From: Kiritimatiella glycovorans
GTDB lineage: Bacteria; Verrucomicrobiota; Kiritimatiellia; Kiritimatiellales; Kiritimatiellaceae
Direction of reading: 5' to 3'
Assembly (NCBI RefSeq): GCF_001017655.1
Contig: NZ_CP010904.1
Coordinates: 840,001 to 872,000 of the forward strand
Length of the DNA stretch: 32,000 nucleotides
The notes under the pieces are model-generated. The model made no database searches. It was given only the letters and a program-made list of their open reading frames with translations, and was not told the DNA's origin. This document shows positions 21,029 to 29,833 of this stretch, in pieces. The position numbers and the translations under genes are program-made. Within the stretch, counting starts at the first letter, position 1; each line of letters starts with the position of its first letter.

Positions 21029-22204
21029 GAACAGTGCGCGTCCCTTCGCCGTGAGGCGGGTGCCGCTGAACAGGTGTGAGTAGGCGAAGACGGCCTGGCC
21101 GCGGCAGCCGGCGGCCCGGAGCGAGCGGATCTGGCGGAGCACGTCGGGGGCCGGATTGGCGGCGTTGAGCCCGCCCACGAGGCTGCGGGCGGCGAGGCCG
21201 GGGCCCAGCCGCTCCGTATAGCCGTTCAGGTTTTCCGCGAAGCCGTCCGTTCCGTAGAGCATGGGAACCGCCCAGTCCAGCCAGCCGCGGCGGGTCCATT
21301 CGATGCCGTTCTGGAAGGCGTCGCGGTATCCCCGCACGGGATCGCCGATGAGGCTCGCCGACAGCAGGCAGTCCGAGCGCCGGGCGCGCACGGCACCGGC
21401 GATATCGCGCACGACCCGGGTGACGGCGGCGCGCCGGAAGCGGTCCCACTCCCCGGGCGCTTCGGCGGGGCGGTCGCCGAACAGGCGCAGCGAGACGGGG
21501 TCGTAGGAAAAGTCCGAGCGTGCCCGCAGCTCGGTTTGCGGGGCATCGGGATAGATCTCGCGGGCGACCAGGTGGTAGTCCTCGGGGAAGCGGATGTAAT
21601 CGAGATGGATTCCGGCCACGGGATAGGCGGCCAGTTCGGCGAAAACACCGATCAGGTGGCGGCGCACGCCGGGGTGGGCGGGGTTGAGAAACGTGTACCA
21701 CTTGCTGGTGGGCTTCATGCGGTCGCCGAGGCGGTCGACCATGAACCAGTCGCGGTGGCGGACCCAGAGCTGGCCCGACTCCCGCGGCGGCTCGCGGCGG
21801 CCGCGCCATCCGGGAAGCACGTTTGCATAGGCGTGAATGCGGATCCCGCGCTTCGCCCCCTCCCTGACCGCCGTCATCAAAGGATCCCAGCCCGGATTGC
21901 GGCCGGTGAAGGCCGGCGAGGATCCGCTGAGTTCGTACGCCCAGGGTTCGTACGCGCTGCGATAGAACACCGTGCCGTTGCCGCGGACCTGGAAAAAGAG
22001 GTCGGAATAGCCCACGTCCGCCGCATTATTTACGATCCGGCGGACGTCGGAGGGGGCCTTGTAGTCGAAGCGGGTGGACCAGAGCGCGTTCACCGGTCGG
22101 CGGGGTTCCTCCGGTGAGGCGGGAGGCGGACGGCGGCCGGCGGCGCGCAGCACCGGCGGGGCTGCGAGGGCGGCGAGGGCGGTTAAGGTCTTGCGGCGAT
22201 CCAT
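21020..22204 (-). CDS. Exported glycoside-hydrolase-like family 10 (GHL10/DUF187, YngK-like) protein
   Basis: ATG at 22204 gives MDRRKTLTALAALAAPPVLRAAG, an RR-containing (Tat-like) signal. TIM-barrel-like family pattern: LWSTRFDY, GYSDLFFQVRGNGTVFYRS, GIRIHAYANVLP, FLNPAHPGVRRHL, GIHLDYIRFP. The family call is from memory of these motifs. Confidence 0.6.
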   Translation of the reverse strand: MDRRKTLTALAALAAPPVLRAAGRRPPPASPEEPRRPVNALWSTRFDYKAPSDVRRIVNNAADVGYSDLFFQVRGNGTVFYRSAYEPWAYELSGSSPAFTGRNPGWDPLMTAVREGAKRGIRIHAYANVLPGWRGRREPPRESGQLWVRHRDWFMVDRLGDRMKPTSKWYTFLNPAHPGVRRHLIGVFAELAAYPVAGIHLDYIRFPEDYHLVAREIYPDAPQTELRARSDFSYDPVSLRLFGDRPAEAPGEWDRFRRAAVTRVVRDIAGAVRARRSDCLLSASLIGDPVRGYRDAFQNGIEWTRRGWLDWAVPMLYGTDGFAENLNGYTERLGPGLAARSLVGGLNAANPAPDVLRQIRSLRAAGCRGQAVFAYSHLFSGTRLTAKGRALFGG

Positions 22205-22256
22205 GGCGGCGCAGCTTCCGGCCCGGTGTGTTCCGTGCCCGGACTGCCGGGTCCCT

Positions 22257-24236
22257 TTATTCCGGAGCCGTCTCCCGGGCCGGCGGCTCGTTGGTGGTGT
22301 CCGTGACGGACTTCGACGGGCGATAGTATTTTCTGGCTTTGACGAGGGCCTTTTCGGCCTGCTGCTGTTGACCCGCCACCCGGTAGGCCTGGTGGAGCAG
22401 AAGCCAGTAGCTGCCGTTCCGCGGGTGCAGGTGTACCGCGCGCTCAAGGGCGTCGATCGCCTCATCGTAATCCTCGAGATTCAGGCGGGCCTGGCCGTAG
22501 CCGTACCAGGCGCCCGCCATCTGCGGAGCGCCGCTCAGCAACGCGGCGTAGATGCTCGAGGCGGCCTGATAGCGGTTCAGCGCACGGAATACCGCGCCGC
22601 CCCCGACGAGCGCGGTGGGGATCGGAGGACGCACCCAACCTCCGGCCTCCTCGCGGTAAGTGCGGCGGACTTCCTCAAGGCGGTCGAGACCCTTCTGCTG
22701 AAGGTCGGAGCGCTGAAGGAGCGGGAGGTGGCGCGTCGAGGGCGTGAGCAGAATGGCCGTGGCGCCGTCGAAGTAGGCCAGACGCCAGTTTCGCGGCGGG
22801 GACAGCAGGTGGCGGATCGTTCCCGCCGCCGCGGGATGGCCGCAATTCAGCACGGCCCCCCGGGGGAGCCAGCGCTTCAGAATGTCGTTCCACTGCGGTT
22901 CGGACGCGCCGCTGAGACCGGCCAGTGTTTCCTCGTAGAACGACGGGGAGAAAAGATCGTTGCGCAGATCCAACAGTACGGGCCGGTCGAGCGTCCAGGA
23001 CAGGTAGCCGCCGTCCGGCGCGAAATGAACGATCTTTTCGGGGAAAGAGGGGTCGCCGACCAGTTCTTCCGGCAGATGCGGATAGGCGTCCTTCGCGACC
23101 CCCAGCCCGAACCCGCTCCGGCTGCCCGTGTTGATGTACAGGGCGTTGGTGGCGGCGCCCAGCGCCGAGCCGACCATCAGGAGCGCCAGCGCGATGCAGG
23201 CGGCCCGGCCCAGCCAGACCGGGCGGTCGTTGAACAGCGGTTTCATACTGTCCTGGATGAACGACCCTATGGCGTCGAAGCTGAGTACGATAAACGGGAA
23301 GGCGAGGAACACGAAGACGTCGAGCAGCAGCAGCGAGCGGACGATCATGAACGCTCCCGCGACGGCGAGCGTGGTGATGATCACGGGCAGCCGCCGCTTC
23401 AGCGTGATCAACCCGCCCGCGCCGAGGATCAGCACGAAGGTGATGAGTTTCTTGAGCCCGAGTTCGCCGAAGAGATGGCTGAAGGGAGAGATGAAGACCG
23501 CCCCCGCGGGAAAGAGGATCGCGCCTCCCTGGCGGATAAGGTGCAGGTGCAGCCCGAAGCCGTAGGGGTTCAGCAGGGTGACCAGCAGGGCGACCAGCAT
23601 GAGCGAGGTGCGCTCCTTGACCGCCGCGCCGCGATAATGCGGGATGTGGGCCAGCCGTGCATCGACCGCCTGCTGGATGAGGTTCAACAGGATCAGGATC
23701 GGGCCGAGGATGAACGAGGGGTGGAGCTGCGTCCACAGGATCTGAACCAGCGGCAGCGCGATCCAGCGCAGCAGAGGCCGATCCGTCCCCTCCAGCACGA
23801 ATAAGAAGACGGCGAAGCACACCATGGCCGGAAAGATCGGGTCGGGTTCAAAGACCGGGAAGATCAGCCAGGCGCAGAGCAGCAGCGCGAACCCGATGCT
23901 CACGTCGCCGCCCCATTTCCGCGCGACGCGCCCGATCAGGGCGAAAGCGGCCACGGCGCAGACGACATGGAAGATCGTAACCAGCGGCGCGCCGCCCGCG
24001 TTCCAGAGGTGGTAGCTGAGGGTGTCGTAGAGAGGGGTGGTGTCTACCCAGTCCATCTCCGCCGCGCTGTACGTCAGCGGATCCGTTTTGGGCAGACCCT
24101 CCTCCGCGATATGCCGTCCCAGCGACAGATGCGTAAATATATCAGGCGAGGATAGCGTCCGGATGCCGAACAGGGTGATGAGTATAAGGCCGAGAAGAAA
24201 AAACCATCCTGCACGGTGCCGTATCTGCTCTTTCAT
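22257..24236 (-). CDS. Polytopic membrane protein (about 12 TM helices, ArnT/PMT-like glycosyltransferase-C architecture possible) with a C-terminal TPR domain
   Basis: ATG at 24236 is preceded by GGAGGGA. The N-terminal ~430 aa consist of hydrophobic helices. The C-terminus has TPR-like repeats (AASSIYAALLSGAPQMAGAWYGYGQARLNLEDYDEAIDALERAVHLHPRNGSYWLLLHQAYRVAG). Confidence 0.6.
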   Translation of the reverse strand: MKEQIRHRAGWFFLLGLILITLFGIRTLSSPDIFTHLSLGRHIAEEGLPKTDPLTYSAAEMDWVDTTPLYDTLSYHLWNAGGAPLVTIFHVVCAVAAFALIGRVARKWGGDVSIGFALLLCAWLIFPVFEPDPIFPAMVCFAVFLFVLEGTDRPLLRWIALPLVQILWTQLHPSFILGPILILLNLIQQAVDARLAHIPHYRGAAVKERTSLMLVALLVTLLNPYGFGLHLHLIRQGGAILFPAGAVFISPFSHLFGELGLKKLITFVLILGAGGLITLKRRLPVIITTLAVAGAFMIVRSLLLLDVFVFLAFPFIVLSFDAIGSFIQDSMKPLFNDRPVWLGRAACIALALLMVGSALGAATNALYINTGSRSGFGLGVAKDAYPHLPEELVGDPSFPEKIVHFAPDGGYLSWTLDRPVLLDLRNDLFSPSFYEETLAGLSGASEPQWNDILKRWLPRGAVLNCGHPAAAGTIRHLLSPPRNWRLAYFDGATAILLTPSTRHLPLLQRSDLQQKGLDRLEEVRRTYREEAGGWVRPPIPTALVGGGAVFRALNRYQAASSIYAALLSGAPQMAGAWYGYGQARLNLEDYDEAIDALERAVHLHPRNGSYWLLLHQAYRVAGQQQQAEKALVKARKYYRPSKSVTDTTNEPPARETAPE

Positions 24237-24310
24237 GCCGGGCGTCCCTCCGTTCCGCTGATTAGTTCGTGTCGCAGAGTATAGGCACTCGGGGTCTCGG
24301 GACAAGCAAG

Positions 24311-24368
24311 GAGTAGGGGGTAGGTGAGTGTGAGGGCTGAAACCTGAAATCTGATTGGGTGAGGGAGA
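24311..24368 (+). repeat. Short degenerate copy (R4) of the composite repeat family (purine-rich strand is +)
   Basis: gagtagggggtaggtgagtgtgagggctgaaacctgaaatctgattgggtgagggag. It has a G-rich head, and TGAs at 24338, 24345 and 24352 (7-nt spacing, all three frames). It lies between the mutS stop and the start of the TPR membrane protein gene, both on the - strand. Confidence 0.5.
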
Positions 24369-24394
24369 TCCCAGGGAGCCTGCAGCTTTCTCAC

Positions 24395-26899
24395 TCAAAA
24401 CAGCGGTATCTGGTGGTCGTGTTCCCGTTTGGATTTCGGCCGGTGGCGCGCCAGGCGCGGCTGGCCGCTTTCGGCGAACTCGCCTTCTTCGAGGTTTTCG
24501 AGGATCTCGGAAGCGCGGCGGATGACTTCCGGGGGAAGACCCGCCAGACGGGCGACCTGGATGCCGTAGCTTTTGTCCGCCGGACCGGGCGCGATCTTGC
24601 GCAGGAACGTGATGCGCTCGCCCGATTCGCGCACGCGCACGTTGTAGTTCCGCACCCCGGGGACCGTGCGCGCCAGGTCGGTCAATTCATGGTAATGGGT
24701 CGCGAAAAGCGTGCGCGCTCCGCTTGGTTCGGATCGGCACAGGTGCTCCGCCACCGCCCAGGCGATGCTGATGCCGTCGAAGGTGCTCGTGCCGCGGCCG
24801 ATTTCGTCGAGTACGATCAGACTGCGTTCCGTGGCGTTGTTCAGGATGTTGGCCGTCTCCTGCATCTCTACCATGAAGGTGCTCCGCCCGCCCGCGAGGT
24901 CGTCGCTCGCGCCGATGCGGGTGAACACGCGGTCGGTCAGGCCCACCACCGCGCGTTCCGCGGGCACGAAAGATCCCAGGTGCGCCATGATGGTGATCAG
25001 CGCCACCTGCCGGATGTAAGTGGATTTTCCCGCCATGTTCGGGCCGGTGATGATCAGCAGACGGTCGCTGGACTGGTTGAGTTCGGTGTCGTTCGGCACG
25101 AACCGTTCCGCGCCGGGCATCTGCTCGATGACCGGATGACGGCCGTTGTGGATGCGGAGCACGTCCGTCTCGCTGATCTCGGGCCGCACGTACCCCAGCA
25201 GAAGGGAACGCTCGGCGAGCGTCGCGAGTGCGTCGAGCCCGGCGACCGCCGCGGCCGTGGACTGCAGTTCCGCGGTGTGTTCCAGCACCTGCCGGCGGAG
25301 TTCGGCGAACAGTTCCTGCTCCAGCGCCAGCGAGCGCTCCTGCGCACCGAAGATGCGGTTCTCGTACTCCTTGAGTTCGGGCGTGATGTACCGCTCGGCG
25401 TTCACGAGGGTCTGCTTCCTGACGTACTCGTCCGGCACGTGCTCCAGATTGCTCTTGGTGACCTCGATGTAATAGCCGAAGACCTTGTTGTGACGAACCT
25501 TGAGGGTGCGGATGCCCGTGCGCTGCTGTTCGCGCGCCTGGAAATCGGCCAGCCACTGCTTCCCCTCGCCGGCGGCGTCGCGCAGTTCGTCCAGCTCGGC
25601 GTGGTACCCCTCACGTATGACCCCGCCGTCCTTCAGCAGGGCGGGAGGCTCGTCGACGATCGCGCGTTGAATGTGCCGACGGAGTTCAGGCAGGTCGCAC
25701 AGCTCGTCGCGAAGATGCTCGAGCGGCGCGCATCCGATGTCGTCCAGCAGGGCGCGCAGTTCGGGGATACGTTCGAGCGAACAGGCCAGGGCGCGCACGT
25801 CGCGCGGCGAGCCGGTGCCCGAGTGAAGACGCGCCGCAAGACGCTCCACATCCTTCACCTCGCGCAGGTGTTCGCGGAAGGCATCCAGTCGGTTGCGGTC
25901 GGCGCGGAACGCCTCGATCGCGTCGAGACGACGCTCGATCGCGTCCGCCCGCCGCAGCGGCCGGAGGATCCAGTGCCGCAGCAGCCGCGCGCCCATGGCC
26001 GTACGGGTCGTGTCGAGCACCTTGAGCAGGGTGGGCCCCGTCCCGGACCGCGCGCTCCCCGCCGCGGCGACGAGTTCCAGGTTGGCGACGGTGGTTTCGT
26101 CGAGCAGCAGGTAATCGCCCGGATGGTGCGCGCGCAGGCGGGTCACGTGGGAGAGATCGCGCTGAAGCTGATCGCCCACATAGTGCAGCACCGCGCCCGC
26201 CGCCCTCAGCCCCAGCGGCTGGTCGGCGCAGCCGAATCCCTCCAGTCCGCGCGTCCGGAAGTGCCGGGTCAGGAACTCCTGCGCACTGTCCTCCTCAAAC
26301 GTCCAGTCCTCGTGCGGCGTCAGCGCCGGCGCCCCGTCGCCGCTCAGCCAGTCGCTGAAACGCCCCTTTTCGTGATCGGATTCGGGGATCACGCACTCCG
26401 CGGGGTCGTAGCGCAGCAGGTTTTCACGGACCGCCGCCGCGTCCTCCGATTCCTCGACCCGGAAATCCCCCGTGGAGAGGTCGAGCAGCGCCAGGCCGAA
26501 GCGGCCCTTGTCGCCGATCAGGGCCGCGAGGTAGTTGTTGCGCTTCGATTCAAGCGCGCTCTCCTCAAGCACCGTTCCGGGCGTGATGATTCCGGTGATC
26601 TCCCGGGCGACGACCTTCCTGCCCTGCGACGGCTCTTCGACCTGGTCGCAGACCGCCACCTTTTTTCCGGCACGGATGAGCTTCGATACATAGTTTTCGC
26701 AGGCGTGATAGGGTACGCCGCACATGGGGATGCCGTTGCGGCGGGTGAGGGCGATGTCCAGTATGCCCGCCGCCTCCCGGGCGTCGTCGAAGAACATCTC
26801 GTAGAAATCGCCGAGACGGAAGAAGAGGATCGTGTCCGCGCCCAGCCCGCGGCGGATCGCCCGGTACTGCTCCATCATGGGGGTCTGCTTCTTCGCCAT
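24395..26899 (-). CDS. mutS: DNA mismatch repair protein MutS
   Basis: ATG at 26899 gives MAKKQTPMMEQYRAIRRGLGADTILFFRLGDFYEMFFDDA. Walker A GPNMAGKSTYIRQ, DEIGRGTSTFDG, FATHYHELT. 834 aa. The track ORF (24395..28303) continues upstream only because the frame stays open. Confidence 0.94.
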   Translation of the reverse strand: MAKKQTPMMEQYRAIRRGLGADTILFFRLGDFYEMFFDDAREAAGILDIALTRRNGIPMCGVPYHACENYVSKLIRAGKKVAVCDQVEEPSQGRKVVAREITGIITPGTVLEESALESKRNNYLAALIGDKGRFGLALLDLSTGDFRVEESEDAAAVRENLLRYDPAECVIPESDHEKGRFSDWLSGDGAPALTPHEDWTFEEDSAQEFLTRHFRTRGLEGFGCADQPLGLRAAGAVLHYVGDQLQRDLSHVTRLRAHHPGDYLLLDETTVANLELVAAAGSARSGTGPTLLKVLDTTRTAMGARLLRHWILRPLRRADAIERRLDAIEAFRADRNRLDAFREHLREVKDVERLAARLHSGTGSPRDVRALACSLERIPELRALLDDIGCAPLEHLRDELCDLPELRRHIQRAIVDEPPALLKDGGVIREGYHAELDELRDAAGEGKQWLADFQAREQQRTGIRTLKVRHNKVFGYYIEVTKSNLEHVPDEYVRKQTLVNAERYITPELKEYENRIFGAQERSLALEQELFAELRRQVLEHTAELQSTAAAVAGLDALATLAERSLLLGYVRPEISETDVLRIHNGRHPVIEQMPGAERFVPNDTELNQSSDRLLIITGPNMAGKSTYIRQVALITIMAHLGSFVPAERAVVGLTDRVFTRIGASDDLAGGRSTFMVEMQETANILNNATERSLIVLDEIGRGTSTFDGISIAWAVAEHLCRSEPSGARTLFATHYHELTDLARTVPGVRNYNVRVRESGERITFLRKIAPGPADKSYGIQVARLAGLPPEVIRRASEILENLEEGEFAESGQPRLARHRPKSKREHDHQIPLF

Positions 26900-27163
26900 C
26901 GCTCCGTCACGCCGTGGTTCTGTCTCGGGTCCCGTCGGGCTTCCATCGGCCGCGCCGATCGCGATCGACCGCGGTAAAGGGTGGCAGCGTAACGATCTTC
27001 CCCGCCGAGCGCAAAACTTTATCCGTCCGGGAGGGGGGGAGAGGAACAATCGCGATCGGTACCGAGCTTCACCACAGGGCACGGAGCCCACGATTCGTGC
27101 CCGCGCCATATTGTCCCGTTTATCCTTGCGCAGACCCCGGCGGGATCGTGTAAAAAGGGCGCT

Positions 27164-28390
27164 ATGAAGACGCGATACTGGGACCGCCTCATCGAGCGGC
27201 TGGACAAACTGGACCGCGGGAGTCTGCAGCGGCAGTTCCTTCTGCTGGCGAAGGAGAAGGGGGTCTGGGAGGCCATCTTCGAGGCGCTGCAGGAGGGGCT
27301 GATTCTGCTCGACCGCCGGGGGCGGCTGCAGTACGCGAACCGCGCTGCGGAGCGGATGCTCGGATTCAATGCGGACGGCGTGCAGGGACAGCCGCTGAAC
27401 CGGTACATCGAGGGGCTCGACTGGGATCTGCTGATGGATCTCGACGAGGGCGAGTGGGAGCGGATGGTCCGCCGCGAGGTCGAGATCAATTACCCCGAAC
27501 ACCGTTACGTGGAGTTTTATGTCATGCCGCTCTCCGCGGGGACGGACGACGAGGAGGGGGCGGTGGTGATTCTCCGGGACGTCACCCGCGCACGGGAATC
27601 CACGGCGCGTTCGATCGAATCCGAGCGCATGCAGGCGATCACCATCCTCGCCGCCGGCGTCGCGCACGAAATCGGCAACCCGCTCAATTCGCTCAACATC
27701 CACCTCCAGCTTCTCAAACGCGAGGCGCGTTCGATCGAGGAGGAGGAGGTCCGCGGAAACATCGAGGAACTGATTGAGGTGGCCGGCGGCGAAGTGACGC
27801 GGCTCGACCGGATAATCCACCAGTTTCTGCGCGCGATCCGCCCCTCCGAGCCGGAGCGCAGACCGGTGCGGATCGAGCGCGTCCTCGAGGAGTCGTTTCG
27901 GTTCATGCAGTCCGAACTCGACGACCGCGGGCTGATCCTGGAGTTCGACTGGAAGGAGGAGCAGCTCGCTCCGGTGCCCGCCGACGAGACGCAGCTCAAG
28001 CAGGTCTTCTTCAACCTGTTCAAAAACGCCCTGCAGTCCCTGCCCGCCAGGAGCATCATCCGCGTCTCCATCGAGATGGATGAACGATTTGCCCGCATAT
28101 GCTTCCAGGACAACGGTCCGGGCATATCCGCCGAGACCATGAGCCGGATCTATGAACCGTTCAAATCGGACAAGCCCTCGGGTTCGGGGCTGGGGCTGAT
28201 GATCGTGCAGCGCATCGTCCGCGATCACGGCGGCGAAATGGAGATTCACAGCGAACCGGGACGCGGCGTGCGCTTCGTCCTGTACTTTCCCCGCGAGGAG
28301 CATCGCGTACGGCTGCTCGAGGCGCCCGCGGACGCGCGAGAGAACGATACGGCCGCCACGGCGGAGGGGTGTGAAGAGGAGGGCGCATGA
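27164..28390 (+). CDS. Cytoplasmic PAS-domain sensor histidine kinase (NtrB/AtoS-like)
   Basis: PAS-like segment: FEALQEGLILLDRRGRLQYANRAAERMLGF. H-box AAGVAHEIGNPLNSL, N-box FFNLFKNALQS, G1 DNGPGIS, G2 GSGLGL. No TM segment. Confidence 0.85.
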   Translation: MKTRYWDRLIERLDKLDRGSLQRQFLLLAKEKGVWEAIFEALQEGLILLDRRGRLQYANRAAERMLGFNADGVQGQPLNRYIEGLDWDLLMDLDEGEWERMVRREVEINYPEHRYVEFYVMPLSAGTDDEEGAVVILRDVTRARESTARSIESERMQAITILAAGVAHEIGNPLNSLNIHLQLLKREARSIEEEEVRGNIEELIEVAGGEVTRLDRIIHQFLRAIRPSEPERRPVRIERVLEESFRFMQSELDDRGLILEFDWKEEQLAPVPADETQLKQVFFNLFKNALQSLPARSIIRVSIEMDERFARICFQDNGPGISAETMSRIYEPFKSDKPSGSGLGLMIVQRIVRDHGGEMEIHSEPGRGVRFVLYFPREEHRVRLLEAPADARENDTAATAEGCEEEGA

Positions 28391-29748
28391 AACCGGTCGT
28401 ACTGATCGTGGATGATGAAAAGAACACGCGCGACGGACTCGCCCGCGCCCTGCGCGGCGATTACCGCATTCTGCTCGCCGACAGCGGCGAGAGCGCGCTG
28501 GAGATCCTGGACGAGGAGTCGATCGACGTGCTCCTGGCGGACATCCGGATGCCGGGCATGGACGGCATCACGCTGATGCAGCGTGCGCTGGCGAAACAGG
28601 ACGGACTGACCTGCATCCTGCTCACGGCGTACGGGTCGATCGAAAAGGCGGTCGAGGCGATGAAGCGCGGGGCGCACGATTTCCTTACGAAACCGGTCCA
28701 TCTCGACCGCCTGGAACTCGTGCTCTCCCGGGCGCTGGAATCGCGGCGCATGCAGACCGAAAACCGCGCACTGCGCGAGCAGCTCGACACCAAGTACGGC
28801 CTCGAGAGCATCATCGGGCAGTCCGAACCCATGCAGCGCATTTTCGATAAAATACGGCAGGTGGCCCCTTCGCGCGCCACCGTTCTGATCCAGGGCGAGA
28901 GCGGTACGGGGAAGGAGCTGGTGGCCCGCGCCCTGCACCGCCTCAGCCCGCGCGCGCAGGGCCCGTTCGTTCCGGTTCACTGCGCCGCCCTGTCGAGCAA
29001 CCTCCTGGAGAGTGAACTGTTCGGCCACGAGAAGGGGGCCTTCACCGGCGCGGTCGAACGGCGCCGGGGGCGGTTCGAGCGCGCCGACGGCGGCACGCTG
29101 TTTCTCGATGAAATCGCCGAGATCGACCCGTCCATCCAGGTCAAGATTCTGCGGGTGCTCGAACAGCGCGCCTTCGAACGCGTAGGCGGGACCGAGTCGG
29201 TGGAAGTCGATACCCGGCTGCTGACGGCCACCAACCGCGATCTCACCGAAGAAGTGGAGAAGGGGGCCTTCCGCGAAGATCTGTTCTACCGGCTCGACGT
29301 CGTCTCCATCACGGTTCCTCCGCTCCGCGAACGCGCGGCGGATATTCCCCTGCTCCTCAATCACTTCCTTCAGCAGTTCAGCGGGGAAAACGGCAAGCGG
29401 ATCGAAGGGTTTACCCAGGACGCCGCGGAGCTGCTGAGTCGCTATGAATGGCCGGGTAACGTGCGCGAACTTCGCAATGCCGTCGAGAATATGGTCGTCA
29501 TGTCGCGCGGCGAAAAGCTGGGCGTGCGCGATGTCCCGCCGAAAATCCGCGCGCAGGTCGACCCGGCCCGCGCGCAGGCCGGCGGAGGGGAGGCCGGCGC
29601 CGGCAGTCTGCGGGACATGGAAATGCGCATGATCCTCCGCGCACTGAAGGAAACCCAGGGCAACCGTACGAAAGCCGCCGAGCAGCTCGGCATCAGCCGG
29701 AGAACCATGCACCGCAAGCTGAACGAATACGGATTGCAGAATTATTGA
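28387..29748 (+). CDS. Sigma-54-dependent response regulator (NtrC family: REC + AAA+ + Fis-type HTH)
   Basis: ATGA overlap with the kinase gene. REC: VLIVDDE ... DVLLADIRMPGMDG. AAA+: GESGTGKE, GAFTGA sigma-54 contact loop, LFLDEI. HTH: NRTKAAEQLGISRRTMHRKL. Confidence 0.9.
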   Translation: MKPVVLIVDDEKNTRDGLARALRGDYRILLADSGESALEILDEESIDVLLADIRMPGMDGITLMQRALAKQDGLTCILLTAYGSIEKAVEAMKRGAHDFLTKPVHLDRLELVLSRALESRRMQTENRALREQLDTKYGLESIIGQSEPMQRIFDKIRQVAPSRATVLIQGESGTGKELVARALHRLSPRAQGPFVPVHCAALSSNLLESELFGHEKGAFTGAVERRRGRFERADGGTLFLDEIAEIDPSIQVKILRVLEQRAFERVGGTESVEVDTRLLTATNRDLTEEVEKGAFREDLFYRLDVVSITVPPLRERAADIPLLLNHFLQQFSGENGKRIEGFTQDAAELLSRYEWPGNVRELRNAVENMVVMSRGEKLGVRDVPPKIRAQVDPARAQAGGGEAGAGSLRDMEMRMILRALKETQGNRTKAAEQLGISRRTMHRKLNEYGLQNY

Positions 29749-29833
29749 ACGCGTCCCGCACTCCGGGACTCGAAGAGTCGGAAACAGGCCGTCATCCGCG
29801 GCCGGAACACAGACCCGCGAAAGGGGGACACGG

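Noticed and set aside
20864-21083. Two 71-aa ORFs encoding Ser-Asp / Thr-Leu repeats (SDSDSD...), a possible SD-repeat surface protein.
   Set aside because: They are translations of the hexanucleotide tract of repeat copy R3 in two frames. They have no signal peptide, no anchor and no RBS, and their 3' ends run antisense into the GHL10-like gene.
22074-23804. A 576-aa + strand ORF and a 381-aa alternative-frame minus ORF (22675-23820).
   Set aside because: Both overlap the polytopic TPR membrane protein gene (22257-24236). That gene's hydrophobic-helix periodicity, RBS and TPR tail make it the real gene. The alternatives are Arg/Pro/Gly-rich and featureless.
24359-26977. An 872-aa + strand ORF opposite mutS.
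   Set aside because: It is fully antisense to a MutS gene with all signature motifs. Its translation is R/A/G/V/P-rich without motifs, which is a typical GC-driven shadow ORF.
26900-27163. The inverted repeat GGCACG-N12-CGTGCC and a TGGCAG element in the mutS/kinase divergent region, as a possible sigma-54 promoter or operator.
   Set aside because: The -12 TTGC element is missing at the correct spacing, and the 6-bp inverted repeat is too short to be significant in GC-rich DNA.
24395-28303. A 1302-aa minus-strand ORF, which would be a giant MutS fusion protein.
   Set aside because: Only the C-terminal 834 aa, from the ATG at 26899 (MAKKQTPMMEQY...), are MutS. The upstream 468 aa are the antisense shadow of the well-supported + strand histidine kinase (27164-28390) and the intergenic region, and carry no recognisable motifs.
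29753-29779. Small hairpins after the response-regulator gene (gtcccg-cactc-cgggac; gactc-gaa-gagtc), as a possible intrinsic terminator.
   Set aside because: The stems are short, the two alternatives overlap each other, and no U-tract follows. This is not enough to call a terminator.
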